A stretch of DNA of 63,859 nt, counting the filler, from Octopus bimaculoides (lineage: Eukaryota), in NCBI RefSeq assembly GCF_001194135.2. It is 7 parts of 7 records of this genome, joined end to end, with 100 filler letters (N's around TTAATTAATTAA, not from the genome) between each part and the next. Parts side by side here need not be neighbours in the genome. Positions count along the whole stretch, not along the records: positions 1 to 10,932 come from NC_068981.1; positions 11,033 to 42,891 come from NC_068986.1; 5 more parts are not named here. One strand, given 5' to 3'. Shown one piece after another: positions 1 to 12,452 of this stretch; position 1 is the stretch's first letter; each line of letters starts with the position of its first letter. Both the position numbers and the translations under genes were made by a program. The notes below the pieces were generated by a model that was not told the origin of the DNA, searched no databases, and was given only the letters and a program-made list of their open reading frames with translations.

Positions 1-57
<57 letters not shown>

Positions 58-324
58 ATATATATACATGTACACACGCACATACACATGTATGCATATA
101 AGTATATGTGAATATATATCTATATACATATACGTATACACATAATATGTATACGCGTATATACACGTGTATATATAAAAGCTTATATATATACACACAC
201 ACACATATATGTGAATTGTGAATGTATTAGTTATGTTTTCTTTCAATGCTGTACCAGAGAATATATATTTTTGCCTAAAAATCAATATATACAACAATGC
301 AGTATAACATATACGTATGTGTGT

Positions 325-357
<33 letters not shown>

Positions 358-501
358 TCGTATGTGTATTTCGTGTGCAAGATTCTTGATGTGGATACGT
401 GTGTTGAAAGAAATACAATTAAACCTTGGGAGAGGCATTATGCCGGTAATAAACACACGCACTGGTTCAGTCCTTTATTAATTTAATTTATATAGTTTTT
501 T

Positions 502-542
502 GTTAAATTATTTCATTGCACTCTTGCAATCTCTTCAGTAAC
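502..542 (-). ncRNA. Minimal type I hammerhead ribozyme motif at the 3' end of a Penelope-like element
   Basis: Minus strand reads gtta-CTGAAGA-g-ATTGCA-agag-TGCAAT-GAAA-taat-t-taac. Core intact, 6-bp stem II, 4-bp stem I (gtta/taac), vestigial stem III. Lies downstream of the GIY-YIG ORF on the same strand. Confidence 0.6.
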
Positions 543-726
543 TTGTCTCTCCACTTCCATTTATTTTGAATATATGATCTGGCGTTGTTTTGGCGTTGTT
601 TCGAAACTGTTTGGTATGAGCATGTGAGTGTGTGCNNNNNNNNNNNNNNNNNNNNNNNNNNNNNNNNNNNNNNNNNNNNNNNNNNNNNNNNNNNNNNNNN
701 NNNNNNNNNNNNNNNNNNNCCCTCAT

Positions 727-1020
727 CTACGTGTATTTGGTGTTTAAAATTGGTTGCGTTTCAGTTATGAGGACCGACTCCTGTATTTGTCGCAACGATG
801 CGTCACCGGGGTGTCTAGACAGGATTTCTATGTTAATTCTGTTCAGTACACCACCATGTTGTTCTTTGGCATGCTGGTAGAGCACCGAGGTTTGTTTTTG
901 ATTATTATAGTCCCTCCAATGTTCGTTTACACGCTCAGCCAAACTTCTTGCCGTCTCACCTATGTATGTGGTGTTTCTGTTTTTACACTCACCATCCATA
1001 CAGCTTATTTTGTAGACTAT
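727..1020 (-). mobile_element. Penelope-like element GIY-YIG endonuclease domain fragment
   Basis: Translation VYKISC..ECKNRNTTYIGETARSLAERVNEH..VLYQHAKEQH..QIQESVLI..QPILNTK shows the GIY/YIG motifs and the downstream Arg, Glu and Asn typical of PLE endonucleases. Confidence 0.85.
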
Positions 1021-1036
1021 ATATATATATATATAC

Positions 1037-1200
1037 ACAGTTGAAATTTTTTGAAAAACAAAAGACGAAGCGAGGTGTAGGAACAACAAGCAAGTGTATT
1101 AGTTTGACGCTAGGGGAAAATCGAGAGGTCATTTACGTTTCGAGCCTATGCTCTTCGACAGAAAGGAATAAGAGGAGATAAACAGAGAGAGAATGAAAAA
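1037..1200 (-). mobile_element. PLE pseudo-LTR-derived repeat with degenerate HHR (about 1130-1165)
   Basis: Minus strand cttt-CTGTCGAA-GAGC-atag-GCTC-GAA-ACGT-A-aatg. The same family 3' end occurs in the opposite orientation at 5466-5541. Both end at TA repeats. Confidence 0.5.
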
Positions 1201-1439
1201 GAATGAACGTACAGATTTCAGCGGTCCAACATGGCGATTGCTGTCTACTCGTTAGACAAGCATGACCATTATTGAATGGTGTCAGCAATTCCTGTGAAAT
1301 GGTTTTAAATCAAGTGCAGCAATGCACAAAACCACAACGACTCTCACAAGCAATGCCAAAGAAGCCAGAGACATGTAAAGTGCAAGATATCAGGTTTGGT
1401 AGTGCAGTGGGTTTTATATACGAGTTGGTCTTCTCCTAG

Positions 1440-1700
1440 AGCAGTGTTTCTTTCAACCATTTCTTGTTTATTCATAGACCTCTTTGATCATATTTTATTC
1501 CGCTGGAACCCCATGGCCATTCGATATTTAAAAACTAATATTATTCAAATGTGTTTCGAAATTCCTATATTGTTTTTCCCGCCTTTACTTGCGCAGGCTT
1601 GCAATCGCAGTCACTGAGAGGCCGTATCTCAGAGGCCAGAAACATGTTGAACTAAGCAAAATGTTAGAGAAACAAACATGGCTGTTTCTTGCAAGAAATG
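1440..1700 (+). mobile_element. hAT-like MITE fragment
   Basis: Starts CAGTGTTTCT-TCAACC, resembling a hAT TIR. Aligns by eye with 11244-11520. Confidence 0.45.
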
Positions 1701-2099
1701 TATTTAGTGGGATGCCCTAACGAAGATCAGGAGTCCTTCATCCCCTATCGAGCTTACCAACCCGGCCTGAGTATTTCAACGTCCCAGGACTTATATGCTA
1801 GTTAAGCCATAGCTGGGACCCTAACAGGTGCTACTACTCCGGGTCAGCGAAGACCTGGGGACAAAAGTGACTGAGGGTACCACACTCATCCAAAGTCGCA
1901 CACATACAAATATAACGCACACACGCACACAAACATACACACACACGCACACGCACACACGCACACACATACACACGCACACACGCACACAAACATACAC
2001 ACATACAAACACATACACACGCACACACATACACACGCACACACACATAAACATACACACACATACATACGCACACACACATACAAACGCACACACACA

Positions 2100-2500
2100 C
2101 ATACACATACGGATGAATCCGTCTACTTGATCTACGACAACGCGCGGCCCCAGGTTCGTGCCGAGCCCCCAACTGATGCCGACCCACAGATCAGTCTGGT
2201 ACTCCTGCCTCCCTATTCTCCGTTTCATAATTGTACGGAAATGGCGCATTCTACCTTTAAGGCAGCTATCAAGCGAGACCACGATCGAGCTGAGTTGCAG
2301 CAAAGGGTTGGAGACCGGGCAGCTGCAGAAGAAGCCGGCATGACCGTGGAAGAATGGCGAGCACATGTCATAGAACAGGTTGCAAGGCGTAACATCGACG
2401 CCGTCACTCCAGAAAATTGTGTTCATTGGTATAGACACGCCCAGATGTACCTTCCGAGATATCTCGACCGCCAGGAATTGGACGAAATCAAAAATTATCT
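2100..2500 (+). mobile_element. IS630/Tc1-type DDE transposase C-terminal fragment
   Basis: IYDNARPQ...LLPPYSPFHNCTE..FK matches the DNA..H / LPPYSP.LNPIE motifs. The N-terminal part is replaced by a CA microsatellite. Confidence 0.75.
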
Positions 2501-2949
2501 TAGTGTCCATAACACCCTTTCTCCGACGAAAGAAAAAATGCAAAATCAAAGAAATATATATTTTTCCCAACAAGACATATTATGCAAAGGAAGAACACAT
2601 ATCACAGCATAATGTATTCAGAATCAAAGAAAATGAGCATTTGTTGTAATTGTGAGTTTCTTTAAAAAGATTGAAAAGGCTGGAATGCGATTTCATGATG
2701 TCTTTAACAATAACGACATGTACCTATGCAAAAATAAAGGAACACATAGAAAAGACATGGGCTCGATAGAGTGCTTAATGCATAAACAATGGATGAAAAC
2801 ACGTGATTATGATAAAAATGATCATGAGATAAAACCAAAACAACTATCATGCTAATTTGATTGCTCGAAGTGTTCAATAGATTGCTCTGAAACGATTTTG
2901 AATGCTCGAAAAGACGCTTCCTCGCATTCTAACAGGCGAATAAACTAGT

Positions 2950-3250
2950 TTAACCATCTGATATTTGGATTATTCCTTAATAAATGTCTCTGCAAGTGTC
3001 TACAAGAGTTCACCAATTCTGGTCTTTTGTCCTAAATTGACAAAGGTTGTAAACAGGGCGTTGTAAATCTCCAAGAGACAAAGAACATGCATCCTGGATC
3101 AATTGATTTTGTAATTCCTAATATTGTCATCCTTTAAACTCCAAATATATTTGCACGGTGAGGTGGCGAAGCACTTACGCATTCAGGTACTCTCGATATT
3201 TCAATGGAATACATTTGTCGTGAAAATCCTTTTCCATCTTCGTCCGAGCT
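2950..3250 (-). mobile_element. Decayed Penelope-like endonuclease C-terminus
   Basis: Frameshifted translation ..TILGITKSIDPG / CSLSL ..DKRPELVNSCRHLQRHLLRN resembles the PLE C-terminal motif NKRSELVSKCRH..KFLL. Contains stops. Confidence 0.45.
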
Positions 3251-3759
3251 GCTCCAGAAAAGGGTGTCTCACTGGGTTCGTCCCATCCACTCCGTCAATA
3301 AGGATGCGCCACTGGCATTAAGCTTGGCTCCACCGATCCCATCTCATTCTAGATTCTTAAACGGATTACATGTTTAGCTTCAAGTTTTGCAGGATATGCT
3401 AAATACCAAAACATAACTTCTCGTCTTTGGAGGATTCTAGTTCGGTGCTTTGATAAAGCAGATGTTGCTGTTGTTCTTGTTGTTGGGGGTGGTAGAGGTG
3501 GTGTCGCTGGTGGCGGAGGTGGTTGCGGCATTTGTGATGGCGGTGCAGTTGTTGTTATTGTTGCAGTTCTTGTTCTGATGATGATGATGATGATGAAGGA
3601 GGAGGAGGACGAGGAGGAGGAGGAGGAGGAGGAGTAGAGGGGGTAGTGGTGTGCTGTGCTGGTGAATGTAGTTGTGTTGGTGATGATGATGATGTCGGTA
3701 GTGTGAATTAAGATGTGGGGGGGGTTTGTATGTACAGGTTCATCAAAACAACAGGCAGT

Positions 3760-3792
<33 letters not shown>

Positions 3793-4337
3793 TCTGTCTG
3801 TCTGTGTGTGTGCGTGTGTGTGTGGCGGAAGTTGCTGGAGAGATAATATCTAAGATCGAATCTTTGGTGAGGAAAGTAAGTTTGGGTGTGTCTCAATGGT
3901 AGGATGTATTACGTCATCAGTAGTGGGGAAGGGGAGTTGAGGATGCTGGTNNNNNNNNNNNNNNNNNNNNNNNNNNNNNNNNNNNNNNNNNNNNNNNNNN
4001 NNNNNNNNNNNNNNNNNNNNNNNNNNNNNNNNNNNNNNNNNNNNNNNNGGTGATGGTGGTGATGGTGGTGGTGGAAGGGAGGAGGAGGAGGAAGCGGCGG
4101 TGGTGGCGGCGGTGTTGGTTGTGGTTGTTGTTATAACAAATGGCTGCTGTTCTTTTTAGCCCCAGGCCAGCACTAAGCGAGTTGATTCATCATCAAAGAC
4201 GTTCCAGCCACGATTATGTTGACATGTCTTTCGGTCATGGTGTATCTAGGACTACAGTATGTAATGCACACTTCCTGTATTTACGTGGGTTTGACTCATT
4301 CTCTTCATCTAGGAAGCATGATCTCTTACACTAGACC

Positions 4338-5085
4338 CCCTCGACGAGGAGATACTACGTCGGATCAACTTGGCCTCGGTATCTTTCGGAAGACTCAGCG
4401 AACGAGTCTTTCGGAACCAGAACCTCTGGGCAAGCGCAAAAGTCTCCGTTTATAGAGCTGTCTGTGTGTCTGTCCTCCTGCATGGGTCAGAGTATTGGAT
4501 CCTTCACCGGTGCCAGATCAGACAACTGGAAGCGTTCCATATCAATCAGACCACTCCAAAGTATACTCGGCCTCAATTGGAAGGACAAGGTGCCTCATAT
4601 TGAGGTCCTCGTGAGGGCTGGGATCCACAGCGCTGAGGCCTGCATCCTTCGTCGTCTTCGTTAGGTTGGCCATGTGATTTGGATGCCGGGTAACCGGCTC
4701 CCCAAAATGGTCCTCTTCAGCGAGATCGTGACTGGAAGTAGGCCTCATCGATATCCAAAACTTTGTTTCCCTGATCGGCTGATCAAGGAAACAAGGTTTT
4801 ATGCGGTGTTCCTGCCAGTCAGTTGGAGCCCCTGGCTGTTAATCGGAAGAAATGGAGATCTCTATGCAATGCTGAAGTGGAGCGCTTTGAAGCCGAATGC
4901 AGGAGACAGCATGAAAGCAGGAGGAGATGTCGTCATCAGCCCCCGCCCCCCTGCGGCAGTTGTTCGGCGTCATTTGCAGTGTCCTCAGTGCCGCAGGATC
5001 TTGCTATTTCCTATGTGCTGGAGGCAGAAGAGGATAAGTATCTTGGATTGACACTGTCATCACCTTTGATGGACTGTCATAAGCA
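4338..5085 (+). mobile_element. RTE-clade LINE, 5'-truncated, RT C-terminal region
   Basis: LDEEILRRINLASVSFGRL..KVSVYRAVCVSVLLHGSEYW..LQSILGLNWKDKV..GHVIWMPGNRLPKMVLF, with frameshifts and a stop. Confidence 0.85.
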
Positions 5086-5088
5086 AAC

Positions 5089-5230
5089 GTAGCTTGCTTC
5101 CCAACCACATGGTTCCGGGTTCAGTACCACTGCATGATACCTTGGGCAAGTGTCTTCCAATATAGCCTCGGACTGACCAAAGCCTTATGAGTGGACTTGG
5201 TAGACAGAAACTGAAAGAAGCCCATCGTGT
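5089..5230 (+). mobile_element. tRNA-derived SINE family A, 5' part
   Basis: ggttccgggttcagt..ccttgggcaagtgtctt..gaaagaagccc, a sequence recurring more than 15 times in the window. Probably one of the described octopus OK/OR SINE families; exact name not assigned. Confidence 0.8.
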
Positions 5231-5235
5231 GTATA

Positions 5236-5291
<56 letters not shown>

Positions 5292-5465
5292 NNNNNNNNN
5301 NNNNNNNNNNNNNNNNNNNNNNNNNNNNNNNNNNNNNNNNNNNNNNNNNNNNNNNNNNNNNNNNNNNNNNNNNNNNNNNNNNNNNNNNNNNNNNNNNNNN
5401 NNNNNNNNNNNNNNNNNNNNNNNNNNNNNNNNNNNNNNNNNNNNNNNNNNNNNNNNNNNNNNNNC

Positions 5466-5541
5466 CGAGCGTCAAACTAATACACCTGTTTGTTGTTTAC
5501 ACACGTCTCTTCGTCTTTTGTTTTTGTAAATTCCAACTATA
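5466..5541 (+). mobile_element. 3' end of PLE-derived repeat, same family as 1037-1200
   Basis: Reverse-complement match to about 1037-1112; ends ttccaact followed by atat. Confidence 0.55.
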
Positions 5542-5545
5542 TGAG

Positions 5546-5882
5546 GAGACCCTTCGGTCATGAATGACCATGGGATTGCACCTAGAAAGTACTCCCTCCA
5601 AGGCACAATTCCAGGCAAGGTTGTTTATGGAAGACCAGCAGTCACCCATGCATACCAGCCTCCCCTCTCCACACCACCGATGTAATCCAACGGAAAGGCA
5701 AAGGGGCCGATACAGCTTGGCACCAGTAATGTCGCAACTCATTTCTACAGCTGAGTGAATTGGAGCAACGTGAAATAAAGTGTTTTGCTCAAGAACAAAA
5801 TACGCAGCTCTCTCCGGGAATCGAACTTACAACCTCACGATCATAAGATCGACATTCTAACCACTGAGCCATGCGCCTTCAC
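5546..5882 (-). mobile_element. tRNA-derived SINE family E, near full length
   Basis: Minus head ggcgcatggctcagtggttaga..gttcgattcc (A and B boxes), then central domain ttcttgagcaaaacacttt..ttgctcc..cagctgtagaaatgagt. Confidence 0.7.
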
Positions 5883-6282
5883 ACATATATATATATATTT
5901 ATGTATGTGTGTCTTTGTGTCTGTGCTTCTCCCTCACCATCGCTTGACAACCGATGTTGGTGCGTTTATGTCCCCGTAACTTAGCGGTTCGGCAAAACAG
6001 ACCGATAGAATAAGTACTAAACTGACCAGCAATAGAAAAGATCTCTCTTTCTCTTTCTCTCTCTGTATCTCTCTCTATTTGTCTATCTCTTTCATTTTCC
6101 CCCTCTCTATATTTACCACATTCTCTCACTCTCTGTATGCACTGGGTGTGTGTGTGCATGCCTGTGTGCGTGAATGTTTATGCATGTGTGTGTGTGAATG
6201 TGTCTGCATGTGTGTGTGTGAATGTGTGTGCATGTGTGTGTGTGAGACAGAGAGATTGTGTGTGTGTGTGTGTGTGTGTGTG

Positions 6283-6445
6283 GAGGCGCAATGGCCCAGT
6301 TGTTAGGACAGCGCACTCGCGGTCGTAGGATCTCGGTTTCGATTCCCAGGCCGGGCGTTGTGAGTTTTAAGAGAAAACACCTAAAACTCCACGAGACTCC
6401 GGCAGGGGGTGGTGGCGAACCCTGCTGTACTCTTTACCATTACTA
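6283..6445 (+). mobile_element. tRNA-derived SINE family C, 5' part
   Basis: A box tggcccagttgttagg and B box gtttcgattccc. Matches the full copy at 16586-16965 on the - strand. Confidence 0.8.
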
Positions 6446-6493
<48 letters not shown>

Positions 6494-6551
6494 NNNNNNN
6501 NNNNNNNNNNNNNNNNNNNNNNNNNNNNNNNNNNNNNNNNNNNNNNNNCAC

Positions 6552-6592
<41 letters not shown>

Positions 6593-6601
6593 TATATATA
6601 G

Positions 6602-6658
<57 letters not shown>

Positions 6659-6719
6659 CGCATCTGTGTGTGTGCGTGCATGTGTCAGTTTGTCTGTTCG
6701 TCTCTTCCACCTCAGATTC

Positions 6720-6925
6720 GTACTTACATGTCTAACTTTGCTCAACTTTAAAAGCCTTTGCAATGAATTGTTTCATTTTCCTTATCGTCAGTTAATCACG
6801 TGCCATGTCGTCTGCACGTTATGTTTGGTCACGTGATATGACGCCTCCGGACGTAAAACAGAAATAAGAAGGAAGTGAATAAGTCAAACGGTGAACGGGT
6901 AGACTGAATGATCCACAGGTATGAC
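6720..6925. promoter_or_regulatory. Candidate bidirectional promoter flanked by two outward-facing splice donors
   Basis: CpG-enriched non-repeat island. CACGTG at 6797-6802 and GGTCACGTGAT at 6827-6837, TGACG, GGAAGT. Minus donor AT|GTAAGT at 6728/6727 and plus donor CAG|GTATGA at 6918/6919. Confidence 0.45.
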
Positions 6926-8274
6926 TGGTATAAAATCAGCCCCGTAAGTATTTGGAACCAACATATAAAAGTGACATAACTAAACAACGGGAGATGTTTT
7001 GTTTTTGGATGCTCAACCGATTAAATGGGTGTCTCTGTTTATGCGTGTGTGTGTGCGAGTTTGCATGTATGTGTGTTTATCGAGAAAGAAGGCATCAGAG
7101 TGTATGTAGATGTACGTGAGGGTTCGATTGTGGCCAAAAAAGATTAGATCGAATGCAATCTGTTTGGAAAAATAAGAAAAAGTCAAAGAAAGAGAGAGAG
7201 AGAGAGCAGGCGAGAAATTATGGGGCGGACGAGAGAGGAAACGGTACAATATGTCTGAAAAAGAGAGAATGGGCTGTAAAAGAGAGAGAATGTGACTGAA
7301 GGATGGGATATATTAGAGGCTAATTACAAGAAGTCACGGTTTGTTTAGCGCGGTGTAGAAAAAACATTTGTGTTTGTGCGGGTCTTAATGTCTCTTCGAC
7401 AATGTGTTGACGGAAAAAAAACCATCGGGTTTTATGGCGTTTATTTTAAGTGTTTATTGAGGAAGAAATAGTTTTACCCGTATTAGGTCGCTGGGTATTA
7501 CAACAACAACTACAAGAATAACAATTCTAAACAATAACGACAATAGCAAGTACAACTACAACAAAAACAACAATCATTACATGGGCAACACAGATAGATA
7601 AATATATAGGCACACAAATATTCTCACACATATGTGTGCACAGACACAAGCACAGCGCGCGCGAGCACAAACACACACGCATACACACACACACACACAC
7701 GTAGACACATACAAACACACGTACACACATACAAACACAAATGTCCAGTTACAAAACCACAAAGGCGGGGCGAAAGTATGTTCGGATATTTGAACAACTG
7801 GCGAAAAGGAACCACCACCACCACCGCAACAACAACAACAACAATATTGGCGATAACGACGACGACGACGACGATGATAGTGATGACAAAGATGACAAAA
7901 TTAACAACAGTAATGACAGTATCACCACCACAACTACCACTAATAACAACAACAATAGCAATAACGAGAAGACGAAAGAACTTGTGTGTAAGACTTACAT
8001 ATATAGGATATCCGCTAGAAATAGCAGCGAAATGTGAAACAAAATCATAGGCAACCATCATTGGAAAGATGGGTTTGTGGTGCAATGAACAGAAATATAG
8101 CCAAGCATTAAAAAGATCTCAGAATCACGGGGTCCAGGAATAAATCTTCTGGAGTGAGATCTTCGCTAAGTATGGTTTATCATAGCACCGGGTTAAAGTG
8201 TTGGGAGTAATATTGGATTGGTGGAATATTTGTAGTAAGTCGCATCTATCTCTCTATCTCTCTCTCTCTCTCTG

Positions 8275-8311
<37 letters not shown>

Positions 8312-8662
8312 TTATCTATCCATCTATCTATCTATCTTTCTGTCTGTATGTCTGTCTGCCTATCTATCTATCTATCTATCCATCCATCCATCTGTCTATC
8401 TATCTATTTATCTATCTATCTATTTATCTATCTTTCTATCTGTCTGCCTATTTATCTATCTATCTCTCAACCTATCTGCCTATCAATCGATCTATCTGCC
8501 CGTTTGTCTGCCTGCCTACCCATCTATCTACATATATATATAGTAGGCATCCGTCGGTCTCGAGAGACCATGGATCTGTGCCCACCACATATACATACAG
8601 ATATACCTGCATCTACATATACATGTATACACATTTACGCAGACACACATACATAAATATGT

Positions 8663-8810
8663 TAGTGGTTCCCAACTTGTCGTCCGCAAAGGTAAGACTG
8701 GAAGTCCGTGGACATGTTAAGCTGACAGACCTTTCAATATCCTGAGGTCCGTGGGAAAATTCATTTAAATAAAAGGGATCCCTGGTAGTGAAAAAAGTTG
8801 GGAACTATTG
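8663..8810. mobile_element. hAT-like MITE
   Basis: TIRs TAGTGGTTCCCAACTT / AAGTTGGGAACTATTG. No clean 8-bp TSD. Confidence 0.55.
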
Positions 8811-8821
8811 ATATATAAGAT

Positions 8822-9075
8822 GGACTCTCCCGCCGAAGACGGCGCATGAGCGTTCAACTTTCGCCGAATGACCTGCCCAAACGATTTGGTTATAGAGATC
8901 AAATGTTTGTGTCACACATTGGCTCACTGTCTGCATCAGATCGACGTTGTCTGAACAGGTGTCACGGTGTGCCACGCGTCAGGTGTCAAAGCGACCGCAG
9001 AGTGACGTGAGATGAAGTGTTTTGCTCAAGAACACAACGCACCACCCAGTCAAGGAATTGAAACCACCATCGCTA
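8822..9075 (-). mobile_element. tRNA-derived SINE family F
   Basis: Shares the gagcaaaacacttcatctcac central domain with family E. Second copy at 57190-57375. Confidence 0.6.
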
Positions 9076-9147
9076 GACCCAAACTATTAATTCGTGCGCC
9101 CTCACATACATACATACATATATATATGTATCATATATATATATATA

Positions 9148-9230
<83 letters not shown>

Positions 9231-9507
9231 NNNNNNNNNNNNNNNNNNNNNNNNNNNNNNNNNNNNNNNNNNNNNNNNNNNNNNNNNNNNNNNNNNNNNN
9301 NNNNNNNNNNNNNNNNNNNNNNNNNNNNNNNNNNNNNNNNNNNNNNNNNNNNNNNNNNNNNNNNNNNNNNNNNNNNNNNNNNNNNNNNNNNNNNNNNNNN
9401 NNNNNNNNNNNNNNNNNNNNNNNNNNNNNNNNNNNNNNNNNNNNNNNNNNNNNNNNNNNNNNNNNNNNNNNNNNNNNNNNNNNNNNNNNNNNNNNNNNNN
9501 ATATATA

Positions 9508-9630
9508 CAGGGTGTCCACAAGGTCTGGGTACATGGAGTAAATAAAATCATAACATAAACAATTAAATACAAGAAATAATAATTTCTTAAAGTATATGTT
9601 AATCCCCATGTACCCAGACTTTGTGGACAC

Positions 9631-9634
<4 letters not shown>
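9508..9634. mobile_element. Tc1/mariner-type MITE, 127 bp
   Basis: 29-bp TIRs CAGGGTGTCCACAAGGTCTGGGTACATGG / CCATGTACCCAGACTTTGTGGACACCCTG with 1 mismatch. TA on the left, (TG)n(TA)n on the right. Confidence 0.85.
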
Positions 9635-9717
<83 letters not shown>

Positions 9718-10125
9718 ATGCTTCTATTACTACTACATGCCCAACAACAACAACAGCAACGAGAAGGCACCATTGAAACAAATTATGAACCTAGTGTTTG
9801 TGAAACGTGGAAGAAAGACCGAGTAAAAACTATATTCAAAATGGCCGATATTTTTGTGTTGTTATTAAACAATACACAGCTCTGTCTTGCTTCATTACTT
9901 TTGTATTGTCGTAGTAATGTCTTTGTGGCAGTACACCAGAATGAAATTTCTGGTGCACTGCCATATGTACCTTATTTCTAGCTTAGAAACTAACCCGAAC
10001 CCTTACTTCTGTTAAAACTACAAGGGGGCTGCGGGAAGTTACATCCCCGCCCTAAATTCTTCCTTCTTTATTTATTCCTCTCTTTCTTTTCTTCTTAACG
10101 TTCATTTTATTATTAATTCTTTATA

Positions 10126-10236
<111 letters not shown>

Positions 10237-10513
10237 CTGTTTCTTGAACACAAAAACGTAGAAATCACACACTGTGCCTCCCCAATACTCAACTACCTGA
10301 TGTAGTTGTAATTCTTATTGTTTTTTTTTCTCACACTGTTAACATTTAACACTGTTGTGTTTTTGTTGTTGTTATTTTTGCTGTTTTTGTTATTGTTTGT
10401 TGTTGTTGTTAATTATGATGACGACAACAAAGACAAATGACGATGCCGATGCAGATGACAACAATGATGATGATGATGATGATGATGATGACGACGATGA
10501 CGATGACGATGAC

Positions 10514-10557
<44 letters not shown>

Positions 10558-10704
10558 CGACCATGATGATGACGACGATGATGATGATGATGATGATGAC
10601 GACGATGACGATGACGATGATGATGATGATGATGATGACGACCATGATGATGATGATGATGATGATGACGACGTCTACGATTATCATGATAATGATATTG
10701 ATGG

Positions 10705-10738
<34 letters not shown>

Positions 10739-10878
10739 AATGGGCAAATATGCCCTTGCTCTCTTTCATATTTCAACTCATGTGATTCGAGCAACATTTG
10801 GTTACTATTTCTAGCAAATTGAGCAAGCACGTAACGATGTCTTCGTTGAGCTGGGGTGGCCTTGGATGGAAGTGACGA

Positions 10879-10909
<31 letters not shown>

Positions 10910-10932
10910 GGTGGTGGTGGTGGTGGTGGTGG

Positions 10933-11032
10933 NNNNNNNNNNNNNNNNNNNNNNNNNNNNNNNNNNNNNNNNNNNNTTAATTAATTAANNNNNNNNNNNN
11001 NNNNNNNNNNNNNNNNNNNNNNNNNNNNNNNN
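10933..11032. other. Artificial scaffold spacer N44-TTAATTAATTAA-N44
   Basis: Identical 12-mer at 10977, 42936, 46548, 50766, 58690 and 62677, each inside N runs. It places stops in all six frames. Confidence 0.9.
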
Positions 11033-11243
11033 ATATATATATATATATAAAGGAATATAAGATACTGAGATAAGTAGGGTAGAGGAATGCATATTCAAGA
11101 CATCAAAGGAAGATGGCCATAAAATATTGAGAAGAGATTTCAATGAAATGCAGTGAGATGGTATTAAGCTTTAGTGGCAACCACAATAAAAGTTAAGTGG
11201 AAATTGGACAGAGTGCAAAAGTTATCTTTAGCTTATGTTTTAA

Positions 11244-11520
11244 GTCAGGAGTTCTCAACCATTTTTTATCTATGGACCCCTTTGATTACTATTTTATTAT
11301 GGTGGACCCCCATAGTCATTCAATGTTTTAAAACTTGCTTTATAGAAACTTCTTTCAAAATTCCTATTTTATTTTTCCCACATTAACTTGTGTAGGATGA
11401 ATTATATAAACTGTTAGAGAAAGAAATCTATCTGTTTCTTGCAATACATACTAATACATATATCGAAAGCAAAATTTTTTCAGGGCCCCTTAAAATACTA
11501 TTGTGGATCCCCAGTTTACT
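11244..11520 (+). mobile_element. hAT-like MITE
   Basis: Begins CAGGAGTTCTCAACC; homologous to 1440-1700. Confidence 0.5.
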
Positions 11521-11954
11521 CTTTTGTTACATTTTCTTTCTTGCCTTTAACCCTCCAACGCGGAGTATAGGCCACTTATAATTGAATTCCATGTCGCATA
11601 ATTTCTCGCTTCTGTACTTGAATGTCCTCCTTTCTCTAGTTCCTTTTGTGTTGATCAAAGCCCAACCCCTCATCCTCGTCGTGAGAGATGGAAACAGGTA
11701 AAGCTGGCTATGGTGAAGTTGAATGGGCTAATCACCCATTGATAATTGAGTTTGCTTTGAAGTTGTACTAGAAATAGCATCCAAATTTCCCTCAACGCAT
11801 TATCTGCTGTCTTAAAAAGAAAGCAACAAATATATTATTATTGTTATCATGGCAGGTAATATAGTTACAGAAAATATAGATTGCTGGATTAAGTGAGCTA
11901 AAAATATTTATTTTTCCCTCTATAAACTGAGTTCTAGGGATTAAATCACACTGG

Positions 11955-12180
11955 TTTTTGCCTTTTTTTTTTTTTTTACTTGTTTCCGTCATTTGACTGC
12001 AGCCATGCTGGAGCACCACCTTTAGTCGAGTGCAAATCGACCCCAGGACTTATTCTTTGTAAGCCTAGTACTTATTCTATGGATCTCTTTTGCCGAACCG
12101 CTAAGTTACGGGGGATGTAAACATACCAACATCGGTTGTCAAGCGATACTGGGGGAACAAACACATACACACAAGCACAT

Positions 12181-12211
<31 letters not shown>

Positions 12212-12452
12212 NNNNNNNNNNNNNNNNNNNNNNNNNNNNNNNNNNNNNNNNNNNNNNNNNNNNNNNNNNNNNNNNNNNNNNNNNNNNNNNNNNNNNNNNN
12301 NNNNNNNNNNNNNNNNNNNNNNNNNNNNNNNNNNNNNNNNNNNNNNNNNNNNNNNNNNNNNNNNNNNNNNNNNNNNNNNNNNNNNNNNNNNNNNNNNNNN
12401 NNNNNNNNNNNNNNNNNNNNNNGTAAGCAAGCTACTTACCACACAGTCATTC
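11955..12452 (-). mobile_element. SINE family A, full length across an N gap
   Basis: 3' domain at 11955-12175 and 5' head at 12423-12452 in register. Confidence 0.75.

Noticed and set aside
1609-1653. HHR-like agtca-ctgaga-GGCC..GGCC-a-gaaacatgt
   Set aside because: Core lacks one base, there is no clear H17, and an alternative ctgaga/tctcag hairpin competes.
6283-6358. tRNA gene
   Set aside because: A/B boxes continue into a SINE body repeated elsewhere; no convincing acceptor stem.
8010-8175. Possible exon downstream of the 6918 donor
   Set aside because: All frames close quickly and the splice sites are weak.
10355-10822. Poly-Asp/His ORFs as biomineralisation or metal-binding proteins
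   Set aside because: (GAT/GAC)n microsatellite open in several frames on both strands.
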